Assembly (NCBI GenBank): GCA_047495785.1 | Contig: JBLDXI010000012.1 | Coordinates: 620,001 to 684,000 of the forward strand | Length of the DNA: 64,000 bases | Source of the DNA: Lepidodermella squamata | Taxonomy: Eukaryota > Animalia > Gastrotricha | Direction of reading: 5' to 3' | Shown here: positions 26,229 through 37,779 of the stretch, piece after piece | Layout of the letters: each line of letters opens with the position of its first letter | Numbering within the stretch: position 1 is the stretch's first letter | The notes under the pieces: model-generated | The model's input: only the letters and a program-made list of their open reading frames with translations | What the model was told of the DNA's origin: nothing | Databases searched by the model: none | Program-made: the position numbers and the translations under genes

Positions 26229-27014
26229 TTACGCCGCTGTCTTCTTCGCACGCTGCGAAGCCTTGAAGTGCTTCCCCGACTGGAATCGTTTCTCGTGCGC
26301 TGCGGTCTTTAGCGTCAGTTCTTTGACTAATTCAATGCGTTTTAGATTACAAGTTTCAGGCGCAGATTTACCTGCAGCCAAAACTCAAGGACGTCCTCAT
26401 AATGGTCGGAATTAGGGATCATTAGGAAGAAACTTTCAAAATCCATACATGTAAATCGCCGTCGGCTATCCATATCTTTAATCAAAGCCAACTGATTGTT
26501 CGCTGGCTGCATTTTTATAATTCTGGGCGAACGCACATCTTGTAGTAATTTTTTAGTCGCGGTTTGCGGAGTGTGTTTTGATACATTAAATATTCAAATT
26601 AGGTATTGGTCGATATCCAAAGCACATTTTTCATCGTTTTCTTCAATCCAGAAAGCGATGCTAACCGATTCACTTTCTTCGAAGAGCAGACAACGTCCGA
26701 AAGTTTCAAGCAGAATTGTCAAGTATCAAGCAATGCAGAATTGTCCTCATCGCTGACGACATAGAGCATGATTCCGACTGAACCTACCATTCGGAAGCTC
26801 ACCATTCCATGACCTCGCCAAATTGATGATGGCGGCGTAAAGACAAGGTGGATCTAGGCAGCTTCTTCAGTCGCCAATTTCCGCGAATGTCCGTCGTCAA
26901 GTGAAAAACTACGCCATGGTTTTTTGCGGTCAATGAATAACTCTGAGTCGTAATGACTCGTGGTTTTTCACACGCTTTCACCTCATAAGGCTGATATACT
27001 GCTGGAAACTGCAT
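26229..27014 (-). other. Possible small spliced gene, structure unresolved
   Basis: Minus strand has an ATG at 27014, good donors (AATG|GTGAGC near 26802, CAG|GTAAAT near 26371) and a coding-looking last exon (TAAHEKRFQSGKHFKASQRAKKTAA*) followed by AATAAA. I could not build one consistent model. Confidence 0.3.
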
Positions 27015-27061
27015 TTCAAAATCTTGTTTACAAAGTTGTGAGCAAAAAAAATTATGGTGCT

Positions 27062-27267
27062 TATCGTTAGCGACGCGCCAAAACAACCAATTTAATATTT
27101 ATAGCTTTTTTAAGAAAAGTTCGTTCGACCCTTGAACGTAAATTCAAATTACGATAAATACGATCAGTGCTCAAATAAGCCGAACGTACTCCTTCTTTAC
27201 GTTCGGCTCGTCAAAGTACGATCGAATGAATCATCAAAGTGGTTGTTTTGGCGCGTCGCTAACGATA
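27062..27267. repeat. Perfect 28-bp inverted repeat pair with TA at both outer ends (MITE-like, or a duplicated promoter element)
   Basis: tatcgttagcgacgcgccaaaacaacca (27062-27089) is the exact reverse complement of 27240-27267. Internal hairpin agccgaacgta...tacgttcggct at about 27178-27208. Confidence 0.8.
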
Positions 27268-27516
27268 TGCGTTTATGTCTGTAGTATGTGTCCACCCAAC
27301 ATGCCATGACGGACACGGCGAAGTAATAACTTGCTTGAGGTCACACTTAATATGAACCCTGACAATTAGATTAGATTGTCTACTTTCGGGATTTTTGCGT
27401 CGTTTCGTGAAACTATTCCTTTAATTTGAGTCATGATACGTCAAAAAACCTTGGCTTAGATATACTCTTGACTCTTTACTTTTCATCTTTCAGTCATTTT
27501 AAATACTGAATTAAGA

Positions 27517-30500
27517 ATGGCCATCAACGTCACTCAGGCCGTTCTTAACGAGATGGACTGGGGAAGTGGATTCGCCATCCCCGTTGCCAATACAGACAAC
27601 AAAGTGTTGGAAGCCGAGGTATGCGTTATTTCTCTACCAAAATTGTAGCTTTCATATGTATTTGCAGGTCTTTCAACGCCGAGAAGAGCTGGAGCGTGCA
27701 AAAAGAGAGCTTGAACATACAGATGATCGAGTTCATTCTATGCTGATTCATCTTGGCAATGTTAAAACAGAATTGAAAAATTGCGAGGTATAATTTGACT
27801 ACCATCTAGTCCATCGTCCAGCGTTAATTTTATCATTTTCTGCCGCAGGGATTGCTGGAAGCTCGCAATAAAGAGCTTGAAAGCGAAACGCACATGAAGA
27901 AAATTTCTGACAGAGAGCTTGGCCGCCTCGAGCACGAAATTAAAAAGCTTCACCAACAAGCTCAAGAAATTCTTGATCGAAAAAGTTCACAGGAGGTCTG
28001 TTCTAGAGTAAATAATATTAATGCGTGACTATTTAGTTGACATTAGAATCAAATCTTCATACTGAATCAAGATTTTGACAAGCTGAAAGGAATGGCGCAA
28101 ATGGATCAGAAGGCATTGGAGGTGTGGTTGGAAGAGTCGGCTCGTAGGGACGAAGACATGCTGGCTCTCTCAAAATATATGCGACAAGACGAGGAAAAAA
28201 TTAAGGTTTTCAATTCATCTTTTGCTTTCGAGTGAATAAATGTATTCGCTTTTTAGGAACTCACGCTTGAGGTAGAAAGGCTGACAAAAGAACGGGATAA
28301 GCGGCACAAGCTACTTGCTGCTGAAGCTACAGAAACGCAAATGGCCCAAGTTGAGCTTGACAGAATCGGCGAAGATTTCCGGCGTGCCCATCATGATCGA
28401 CAAGAGTTAATAAAGCAATGGGAGGGTACTGTCCATCGAATGCAACAACGCGATAAAGAAATGGAAGAGCTGGCTCAAGAACTACAAGGTGTCAAGGACA
28501 CGATGGCAGGTCGGGAGGCAACAATACGCGAGAAGCAACAGCTCCTGCTTAGTCACGAAATGAGCAACAAAGATGCTGAGGTTTACTGCCTTTGCTCTTT
28601 CGCTCACTTTATAAAATGTTGATTAATAATAGGCTAGAATTGCGTCTGCTGAAAGATTGGCTGCTAAAGTGAAGTTGGAAGTCCAAGAATCCGATCGATC
28701 TCGCGATGTTTTACAATCCGAGCTCGAGGCTCTTAAGCGCATGACTGATCGAACTGCCAATGATTTGGAGGCAGCTAGGGCTAATCTGAACCAAGTTAGG
28801 CAGCAGTTATTGCGCATGAACGATACGTAAGGCAGTGCATTATTAGGAAAAATATTGGGAAACTTTCTTGAAATATTCCAGACTTGAGAAAAATCGAGAC
28901 GATACCAAGCTAGTTCATCAAAAACTGAAGGATGCCAACAGTGAGCTGATGACCGCGGAGGAGTCGGCGAATAGGCTAGAAGAAATTCTGAAGGATCAGG
29001 AGCGCGAACAGCAACTGATGGAAGTCAGGCTCAAACATCTTCGAGAAACTGAATTTCGTCGTGTTCAAGACGTTCAAAGCCTCAACAGCAAAGAAAAGAG
29101 CATTTTAGCCGCTATTCAAGGAAGTCAGGCAACTGTTCGAAACCTGAACAGCCGAATCAGGCAAATCGATTCGGAAATGTTGAAGCAGCAAGGCATTCTG
29201 TACCAACAAGACTTCATCCTCGGTCGATTGGAAAGTCGCCTGGCAAGAATGCAAGGTGAAACGAATAGTGAAGAGAAATCACAGCTTCAGCATCGCGTTG
29301 AGGAGCTGAAAAGCATTTTCGAACAAACAAACGAAACGTTTACGACGATGACAAGTGAATTGAAATATTTGTCTGAGGAGTTGCGTCGCACACAACGTGC
29401 CAGCGAGCAATCAATGAAAGAACAGCGTGATTTGAACGATAAAATTGCCGAACTTGAGCTGTTTAACGACTCTACGCTGAAGCTACTGAAAAAGCTTACA
29501 AATCAAAAGCAAGACGTGATGGTGGAGGATAACTTGCTGAAATTGGAGGTTAAGCGCCTGCAATCATTGCTTATGGCGAAATCTGCTGATGTTCTCACTC
29601 TACAACGCCGCCAAATGGAGCTCGAGCAATTGATGAAAGAAAGAATGCGTGAAATAGGAATTCACGACCAAATGCTTTTAGCTCAGATAAAAAATTCTGA
29701 AGAGGAGCGTCAACAAATCGCGGCTGAGTTGGCAGAAAGAAATTCAAAAATTGAAAAGTTGCAGAAGCGTTATGAGATAATCACTGTGACTATGGCTCCG
29801 CCTGAAGGGGAAGAAGAGCACTCTCAGGCTTACTACGTCATCAAAGCCGCCCAGGAGCGCGAGGAGTTGCAACGCAGAGGTGACCAATTGGATGCTGATA
29901 TTCGTAAAGCTGAAAAGGAACTCAGGGCTCTTGAAAATACCATCCGCCTGGTTAACGATCGTAATGACAAATATAAGAGATCAGTTTCGAAAGTTCAAGA
30001 CAACAGTGAAGAAGTAGCAGAGAAGGAGGCTCTCGAGGCTCAGCTGTCATCAGCGATGGAGAAACTACGGATCAAACGGCAGCGATTGAACGAGGTTGAA
30101 GGTGATTTGCGGACCATGCGAACAACAATGGAAACTCTTGAACGCGAGGAGACTGCTCAAATGGCTCTTCTTGCTGATCGCCGAAATAGAATTGCTGCTT
30201 TGGAGAAGGAATTGAATGACCAGAAGGAAAAAGTCGAGCGTGCCATGAAAATGGTGACCAAATTTCAACGCGAGCTCCGAGCTGCGAAGAAAACTAAAGA
30301 AAAGACGGTGGAGGAATTGGATATCGAGCTGCGCGAGCGACGAGAATTCAACAAAACCGTGGTTGGTAGTATTAACGAAGCTATTCAACAGGCGCCCGAG
30401 ATTCAAACGCTGATTGCCATGCATTTTCATGATGCCGGTCTTCCTCCTCCCAACGAATTCGGTGGAAGTGCACCCGGGTCGGAAACCGCTAGCGTCGCCA

Positions 30501-30819
30501 GCAGTCGTAGTAGCCGTGCTGGTTCCATTGCGGGTGGCTCCGTTCGCAGCTCCATTAGTGGAGGTAGTGGAACTCTCGTTCGAACAGCCCAAGTTACCCT
30601 CGGTAATCAATTCCAATTTAATCACTCCCATTGTCTCAATTTTTTTTGTTAACAGGAGAGGATCTACCTGGTTCCGGGGCTTCGAGTCGAGCCAGCGGAA
30701 CGCCCGTTGGTAGCGGTCGCGGATCTCAAGCTGGAAGCGCCCGATCTAAAGCATCACCAGCTGGCAGTAAGCCGCCTTCTGCAGCCGGGTCTGGAACTGC
30801 ATCTCCAAAACGCAAATAA
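27517..30819 (+). CDS. CCDC39: Coiled-coil domain-containing protein 39 (axonemal 96-nm ruler), multi-exon
   Basis: N-terminus MAINVTQAVLNEMDWGSGFAIPVANTDNKVLE, RQELIKQWE, VEDNLLKLEVKRL and EEEHSQAYYVIKAAQEREELQRRGDQLDADIRKAEKELRALENT. Confidence 0.93.
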
Positions 30820-31927
30820 ACACTATACATCTCTCATTTTATTTCTTTACAATATCATAAAAAATCGCGAACTTTGTGGCTTATTTTCTCAGCCTTATTT
30901 GATGATTTCATGTGATATCTATATCGAACAAATCGTGAGTGATAATTTGTATGTCGAGCCAAGGCTATTAACATTTTAAATTATATCTAAACCTAGTTTA
31001 CACCACCGGAATAAAGCTGTTTCAACGCGTAGTCATGCAAACCGTGTTTGAGTTAGGTATGCGTTTAATTACTCGAACTAGCCGTGTCACTTGTTAAGTG
31101 TGTCGGCAGTTTGTTTGTCAACTGCCGGTGCGCGACTCCGTCTGCAAACCTGAATAAGAACAAGAAATTTGACGCAGTGATACGATAACCACGCTAGCAA
31201 AAGTTTGGCGACGCGAAGTCGCACGAGAAGAAAAAGAAGAAGCCGAGCCGACGTGGAAATTACGGTTAATAACGCTGGAAATTGACAAGTTAAAAGATGA
31301 GTCAATAGTAAAGCGTGTATCCGACCCGAATTAGAAAGCAGCACGCAAATATATGAGGTTACTTCTTGTCCTCAGCATCCTTAACAGTGATATTTGCCGA
31401 TTGTCTGTGTCCACCTTGCAGTGGGACGACCTGTCTGGTCAGATTGTCGCTGTTTAGGCTGGACGCATTCCCAGCCCACTGTTGAGTCCAGCAACGATTG
31501 CAACGCAGTCATTTTACAGAATTTTTCCCTATTACGCGATGCGCATTTGTACGATGCGGCGAGCCACTTTTGCATTGTGGTCTCGTACCTTCGCCAATGC
31601 TTTTGTTTCCCTTTTTGCACAGCTTCAAGTTATTGCGATCTCAAGTTGTTGCTTTGTTTTGTCAAAACAAAACACATGAAACGTGACTCTAATCTTCACG
31701 CTCGACAATTTTTACGCGCTAAGCTTCTATGGCTCAGAGCGCACGGTAGAAAAGTGGAAAAATACCAGCCGGGAATTTAAACATGTCTCGCTTTATAAAA
31801 CAAATTTAGGCTCAAATAATTTAATTTAATTTTTGGCTACAAACAGGCAAACAACGAACAAACCCCATTATAAGCTCAGCTTATTTGCGCACCGTTTTTC
31901 TGTTTTGATTTCGCCTCAATTTAAACC

Positions 31928-32203
31928 ATGAGCGAGTCGCTGACCTGCACACAGGTAATGTTACCCTGTCTGAATTTTACCTGCCCTTAGCTCGGATTTG
32001 TGACTAATAGGTGTTCCTTGTCATTCTCTCGATCGTCCTTCTCTTAATCTTCGTCGGAGTCTGTGAGTCTTTTCGTCTTTTTTCCTATGCCTTCTGTTAA
32101 TATCTACTGTATTTCAGTCGTGTTCGCCTGCTATTGGTCCGGGCTGTGTGCGAAAAATTCGGCGTTTGATTCCACAGGATATCGATCTTCACAAACTTAT
32201 TAA
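31928..32203 (+). CDS. 54-aa single-pass membrane microprotein. Exons 31928-31954, 32011-32062, 32118-32203
   Basis: Strong splice sites (CAG|GTAATG, AATAG|, T|GTGAGT, TTTCAG|), introns of 56 and 55 nt, AAACCATG start context. Product MSESLTCTQVFLVILSIVLLLIFVGVFVFACYWSGLCAKNSAFDSTGYRSSQTY. Absent from the ORF track. Confidence 0.8.
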
Positions 32204-32848
32204 ACTATTGCAACATGATTTTTTATTGTATATGACCGGGCTTCAAATCAAACGCAAGTGCCATACGTTCCGCAAGGCTCGCCGTTGCTCAATGGTTTTC
32301 TTGTAAATATAATGCTTTTGATATTTTATGCCATCAAGAATCGAGTATCAAACAGCCTAAAATAGTCAGTGAAAATGTAAAAATTTATCGACATTTATTG
32401 CTCCAATATTAGCACAGCATTTTAATCAACGTCGCCTTAAAAAAACGGCGAAAAATTGCAGCTTTTCTATTTCATCGACGTGCTCGTTGTATCATAAACT
32501 TGATCATTTAACAATTAATGTTGTGTAAATAAAAGCAATAGCTACCTTGGTGTGGCCTCTTTACCATTCCTTATAGATGCGATGCAAATAATCAATACCT
32601 TATTACGGGTTCATTAATGGTAATTCACCGACCTTAATTTCACACCCGATATTTCCTGCATTGTATTGATGTTGTATTGGACATAATCTGCAACTCCAGC
32701 AAAAATGCCACAGCGTTGCTTGGAAATCAGCAGATCGATATTCTGCCCAGCACTCGCGGCTCATCATAGTTAGACTCTATCATTCGCAGTTTTCGTTAAT
32801 TACGGCCTTTATGAGTGGTCCCGCTCATACTGCAATTGCTCAAAAACA

Positions 32849-33754
32849 ATGTGCGATTGGCCTCTGCCAATACCCAGCCAGGTTATTGAAGCTAACAATC
32901 GCTTCAGAGAACAGCATATGCGAGAAAATTACCAATACGTATCGACTTCGAGCTATGCTTTCAACAATGAATGGAGAAGGAAGGAGCTTCAAATAATAAG
33001 GTCCAGTGCCTTTTCTTAGCTTAATCCTCCTTAATTTCGAAACCAACAGACCGACAGAGATTCCATTGTACAATGTTGGCAGACATATATTTCCCAGGAC
33101 CCTTGAAACGTTTCCGGTGATCTATCGGAGCTCATCAAAAGGTCCAGCAATAGGTGTGTCAATGCGATCAAGTTGGCGATCAATTGATAACCAATACCCG
33201 CCGAGGACGGGACGAGAATCTTCAATTTTGGACCGATACAGGCCAGCTGAGAACTATTTTTTCTACACATTGAAAACACAAGCTGATACTGATACGCATG
33301 TGCCGTAAGTTTCACCGAAAAAGTAGCTATGACTGATAAAACATTAACTGTCAACGTTAGGCACAAGTTTGGCCCACGTAGTAGAACTGACATCAAGCCA
33401 GTTCATATTAGCCCGTTTTCTCCTGGACCCGCCAATCGAAGCTTCATTCGGAACGGGAAGCCAGCACGTGATGTACCTGCAGTCTCAATTTTATTACCAG
33501 ACAGTCCAGAGAAAATGCCAAGCCTGGCAACAATCAAAGCCATGGTGAAAGAACGACCTTTAACAGGCGCATCCATGGCCTCAATGACCAGTAGAAGCCC
33601 ATCGCTGGCAGTAAGGCGCACTGCATGGGGGCAGCGGCTTAACGATGCTGATGATCGCACTGTCAGCAGTCTGAGTTTCAGTACGGTAATGAAAGAAAAT
33701 TTCGTTTTACCCGATAGTAAGCCTGGGTATTCTTCGTCGCCTCGGCGAAAATAA
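32849..33754 (+). CDS. Unrecognised spliced protein, at least 266 aa, basic and Ser/Pro/Arg-rich; 5' end uncertain. Exons (32790/32849)-33000, 33050-33304, 33361-33754
   Basis: Two short GT-AG introns (49 and 56 nt) join three open frames in phase. AATAAA lies right after the stop. Confidence 0.6.
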
Positions 33755-33877
33755 TCGCAAAAATAAACGCAATGAAGCAAAGAAACAAATGAGTTTTTAT
33801 TACTCCTAATAAAGGGCTGGAAATATCGATGTCTGTGCATTCCAATATAGGTATTGTATAAATAGAAATTGCCCGAA

Positions 33878-35344
33878 TCATTTCGGCTCAAGAGGAGCCA
33901 TTATTACAGACTTCGTTGGAATAAAATATTCAACCAGCATGAGCAGGATAAAATGGATTGAACACATTAGCACCCAAAATGGACCAGACAGGGGGCCAGT
34001 TGTTGCATACCTGGAATATCAAAATTTAATAAGCGGAAATATTCAGTGATGAAAGGCACCGTTGAAATCGTTGTTTCAAGCTGAGTCGAAGGTTCTTGTT
34101 AGCTGTCTCGTAAACTAGTTCAGTGCGCCTGGCCACATCAGGCCAACGGTAAACGTTCGCTATCCGTCGATGAGCGTCATCTGGGTCAGGGTGTTTGCCA
34201 GTTTTGCAGTCGGAGATCGCGACTTCAAGCGCGACGATGAGATCGTCAACATTGGGTTCGGCTAATCGAATCAGATCAGGAGGCAGCACTTCTGGGACTC
34301 CACCTACCCGGGTGCTGACTACCAGCAACCCACAGGAAGCCGCCTCAACTATAGCCATGCAGAAGGCCTCAGTTAACGATGTGTTCAAAAATATGTGGCC
34401 TTTCACCAAATGATCTCGAACTTTCGAATGCTGTAAAGCTCCAGCGAAATGAACCCGATCGAACAACTGGTATCGATCACGAACTTCTTCAAGCAAAAGC
34501 AGCTTAGGTCCATCACCAGCTAGCAATGAAAACGTCATTTATTTGGTCAACTTAATTTTGAGCTGAACTCACCTATGAAAAAGTCGACATTGTTATGCTT
34601 TGAGCAGATTTCAGGGATAATTCCAGCCAGCAAGTCCATGCCTTTACGGTATACTAAGCGAGAAACAACGACAATGCCGATTCGCTTTGTAGAGGGTCTT
34701 TCTTTAGGTGGAAGGGGCGTGAAAAATTCGTGGTCGATAGCGTTAGGGATTACGGAAACCGAGCTCGGCTTCAACGCGGCCCGTAAAACCGTGTTTTCTT
34801 TACTGGTGTGAGAAACGCAAATCACGTGATCGACTACCGAAAGTGACACCTGAAAACGCCAAGTCATTTTGCGTTAAAACTTATCTAAAATTTCTCAAAC
34901 TTTTAAAATGTGATTTGTGATAATTGAGCTTGCGTCTGCAAAGCCGAATAACGAATGATCCGTGAAAACGGTGTGAATCCCAAGGGCAGCTGCGTGAAAA
35001 ATTGATTCGAGCGCCATTGTTGAGAAAGCGGAATGACCGTGAATGATCGTGATTCGCTCACGAATGAAAACGTAACGCAGCAGGGGCAGAGTGCAAAACA
35101 AGGTCGGGAGACTCGCCTGGTTATAAACTGGTTTAAAAGGCAGGTAGTAAACTTTCAGCTTAGGATCGTCAGCAATCGGATAGCACACTCCGATATATTT
35201 CGGCAGGTAAGCGTGGGTTACAATTATGACAGAATGACCTCGTTGACGAAGGCACATGGCTAGCTGCTGAACGTGTGTTTCAACTCCACCCATATTTGGG
35301 TAGAAGAAATCGGTTACCATGCAAATTCGATGACTTTTTACCAT
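33878..35344 (-). CDS. PIGA: Phosphatidylinositol N-acetylglucosaminyltransferase subunit A, 4 exons
   Basis: [40 protein letters not shown] and [22 protein letters not shown]. The last exon (34010-33878) supplies the C-terminal TM segment. Confidence 0.95.
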
Positions 35345-35587
35345 TTCTCAAATAAATAACTAAATAAAAATAACGCGTTCTTTCATTTGACTACTGCAAA
35401 AATTTATTAGTAAAGCAGCACACTTGATTTATAAGCTAATGATTATCACTCACAAAAGCGAGCGATTGAACAATTTGTTGACTGGATGGTATCAGAATCA
35501 TAACAAGGCACACTTTATACGCGTTGGGTGTTTATAACAACCTCGGCTAGTCGTTTCTGGAATTTCCCGATTGTCTCCCACCATTCA

Positions 35588-36658
35588 TTACTTTTTCTTC
35601 TTTCCAAGCGCCGCATCGATGCGGTCATCAAAAGCATCACCCGTAACGCTGAGCATAAGCGTTGATGAGTTCAGGAAAGCACGGCCGTTCGACTCGGCAA
35701 GCTGCAAATGAAGTCAAAACAAATTATGGATTTTAAAAATTTTCATGGTTAAAATGACAAACCGCGCCAGCAATTCGTTGAGCAGCCTGGAGCTTTCGCA
35801 GCTTCAAATAACCAGGGTTTGAATTAATTGCCGAACCGATGAGAGTAGCAGCAGCGGCTTCACCCTCAGCCTGGACAATTTTCTGCTGTCGTTCCTGCTT
35901 GGCTCGCTCGACGACGAATTGAGCACGCTGAGCTTCCTGTTGGGCAACTTGTTTCTGTTCAACAGCATTTGTGTATTCAGCCGAAAAGCTCAACTCGGTG
36001 ATGGAAACGTCATCAACAATGATATTGAAGTCGCGAGCTCGATCAAGCAACTCTTTGCGAATCAACAAGGAAATTTGCTGACGTTGAGTGATCAGCTGAG
36101 AAGCGTTGAATTTCGCGACAACACTCTTCAATACTTCGTTTACAATCGATGGCATTACGCGCTCGTCGTAGTCCAAACCAATACCACGAAGAATAATAGG
36201 CAGATTTTGAGCATCAGGTCGGCACAGCACACGAAGTCCAATGTTAACCATTTGCATGTCTGTGAGACAATCGGTAAATTCTCATCAACGCAAAAAATCA
36301 AACAATATAAACCTTTGCTGCCAGTGGGTGAGGCAAACTTTCTCGGCTTTGAACGGATATCAAAGATGATCGGATATTGGAACCACGGAATCCTTAAAAA
36401 GTGAATGGTTTCGGCATGCATTTATTAACGCAGTAAGTCTAGATACCTGAAGTGCAAGCCTTCGGTCAAAGTGTAATCCTGAACGCCACCAATTCGGCTG
36501 AAAATGACTGCACGGTGACCACCTTCAACTGTGTACATCGATTGATTGACACCGTATGCTAAGCCACCAGCCGCCGCAAGTAGGCCGAAGCCAACACCCA
36601 AGCCCTTTGAGCCACGGGCGAGCCTTCCAGCCATATCTTTCAAGTTATTAGGATTCAT
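35588..36658 (-). CDS. PHB2: Prohibitin-2, 4 exons
   Basis: [78 protein letters not shown] and [10 protein letters not shown]. Confidence 0.96.
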
Positions 36659-36805
36659 TTCTATTATAATGGCACAAACAGAAATAAATCACATGTTCAT
36701 TGTAAAAAGCCGTGAAAATCGCTTGAAATCAACAATAGAACTAATACTTGATTGTAAAATAATCATGAAAGCAGATGATCGAGCACTTAAGTAATGAAAA
36801 CATGT

Positions 36806-37477
36806 TCACAATTCTTTGTCACGAATAAACCGATTTCCTTCGGAATGAATTCCACGATAAACATAGCGACAAGGCCGATATGCTGCTGATTCGGGCATTG
36901 TGCCCGATACTTTCGGAAGAGGAGTGAATGCCGTTGCATTATCTTGAGCAGGGGCATCAGCATCGGTTGGAAGTATGCGAATGCGGCGCAAGAAAGGCCC
37001 GTGCCTCTGGGCTTCTCTTCGTTCTTTGGCAGATATCTGCTTAGAGTCCAAAAAGCGTAACTTCGGAAGACGATATATGACGTAGTAACGATAGCGACGA
37101 TAGTCATCTTCTGTATTTTCCAAATCCGTTAATTGATCCGGACAACATGGATTGCCAAGACAACTCAGATAGTTCAGCGATGGCATTAATCGTTCCAGCG
37201 AAGAAAGGAAATTTTCCAGCTCCGATATTTTGTTATTATTGACAGAGAGCAGTCGCACTTTCTGAAACTGATCCAGCAGCGAAACATCGGATATATTGTT
37301 GTTATCCAGTATAAGTTCCTCCACTTCCGGGAAGTTACCGAGCCCCGTAAATGAAGATATTGAGTTGAAAGACAAATCAAGACTGCGAATTTGGTCGGCA
37401 GCGACGTCCGAGAAGAACGAAGCTTCGGGAATGACTTCAAGATTCTGATTAACAGCTGAAACTGAGTGCATTTCCAT
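36806..37477 (-). CDS. LRMDA: Leucine-rich melanocyte differentiation-associated protein (C10orf11-like), intronless
   Basis: LRRs (LDLSFN, ELILDNN), YLSCLGNPCCPDQL, EDDYRRYRYYVIYRLPKLRFLD and C-terminal YVYRGIHSEGNRFIR. Confidence 0.88.
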   Translation of the reverse strand: MEMHSVSAVNQNLEVIPEASFFSDVAADQIRSLDLSFNSISSFTGLGNFPEVEELILDNNNISDVSLLDQFQKVRLLSVNNNKISELENFLSSLERLMPSLNYLSCLGNPCCPDQLTDLENTEDDYRRYRYYVIYRLPKLRFLDSKQISAKERREAQRHGPFLRRIRILPTDADAPAQDNATAFTPLPKVSGTMPESAAYRPCRYVYRGIHSEGNRFIRDKEL

Positions 37478-37596
37478 TTTCAATTGAGAAAATAAGCCTA
37501 AAACAACAAGTTAATAGGGGAAATATATTTCCATCTCGATAGCGATTTGACGCGAAATCGAGTCACACGAAATTTGGCAAAATCATGAAATGCACT

Positions 37597-37779
37597 TACA
37601 GGGGGCCAAAAAATTCCGCAGAGCGGGAATTCGCTGCGCATCAATTTAATGAGGAGTTTTAAGAAGTTGAAGAATTTCAAGCATTCTTTTGCCAATGGAA
37701 CTCCTCAATTTCTTGAAACTCCTCATTAAATTGATGCGCAGCGAATTCCCGCTCTGCGGAATTTTTTGGCCACCCTGTA
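37597..37779. mobile_element. Near-palindromic MITE, Tc1/mariner-like (TA target site, CAGGG(T)G ends)
   Basis: About 80-bp arms, TACAGGG-GGCCAAAAAATTCCGCAGAGCGGGAATTCGCTGCGCATCAATTTAATGAGGAG..., mirrored at the right end. TA at 37597-37598 and 37778-37779. Confidence 0.85.

Noticed and set aside
30065-30631. 188-aa antisense ORF
   Set aside because: Shadow of the CCDC39 coiled-coil exon.
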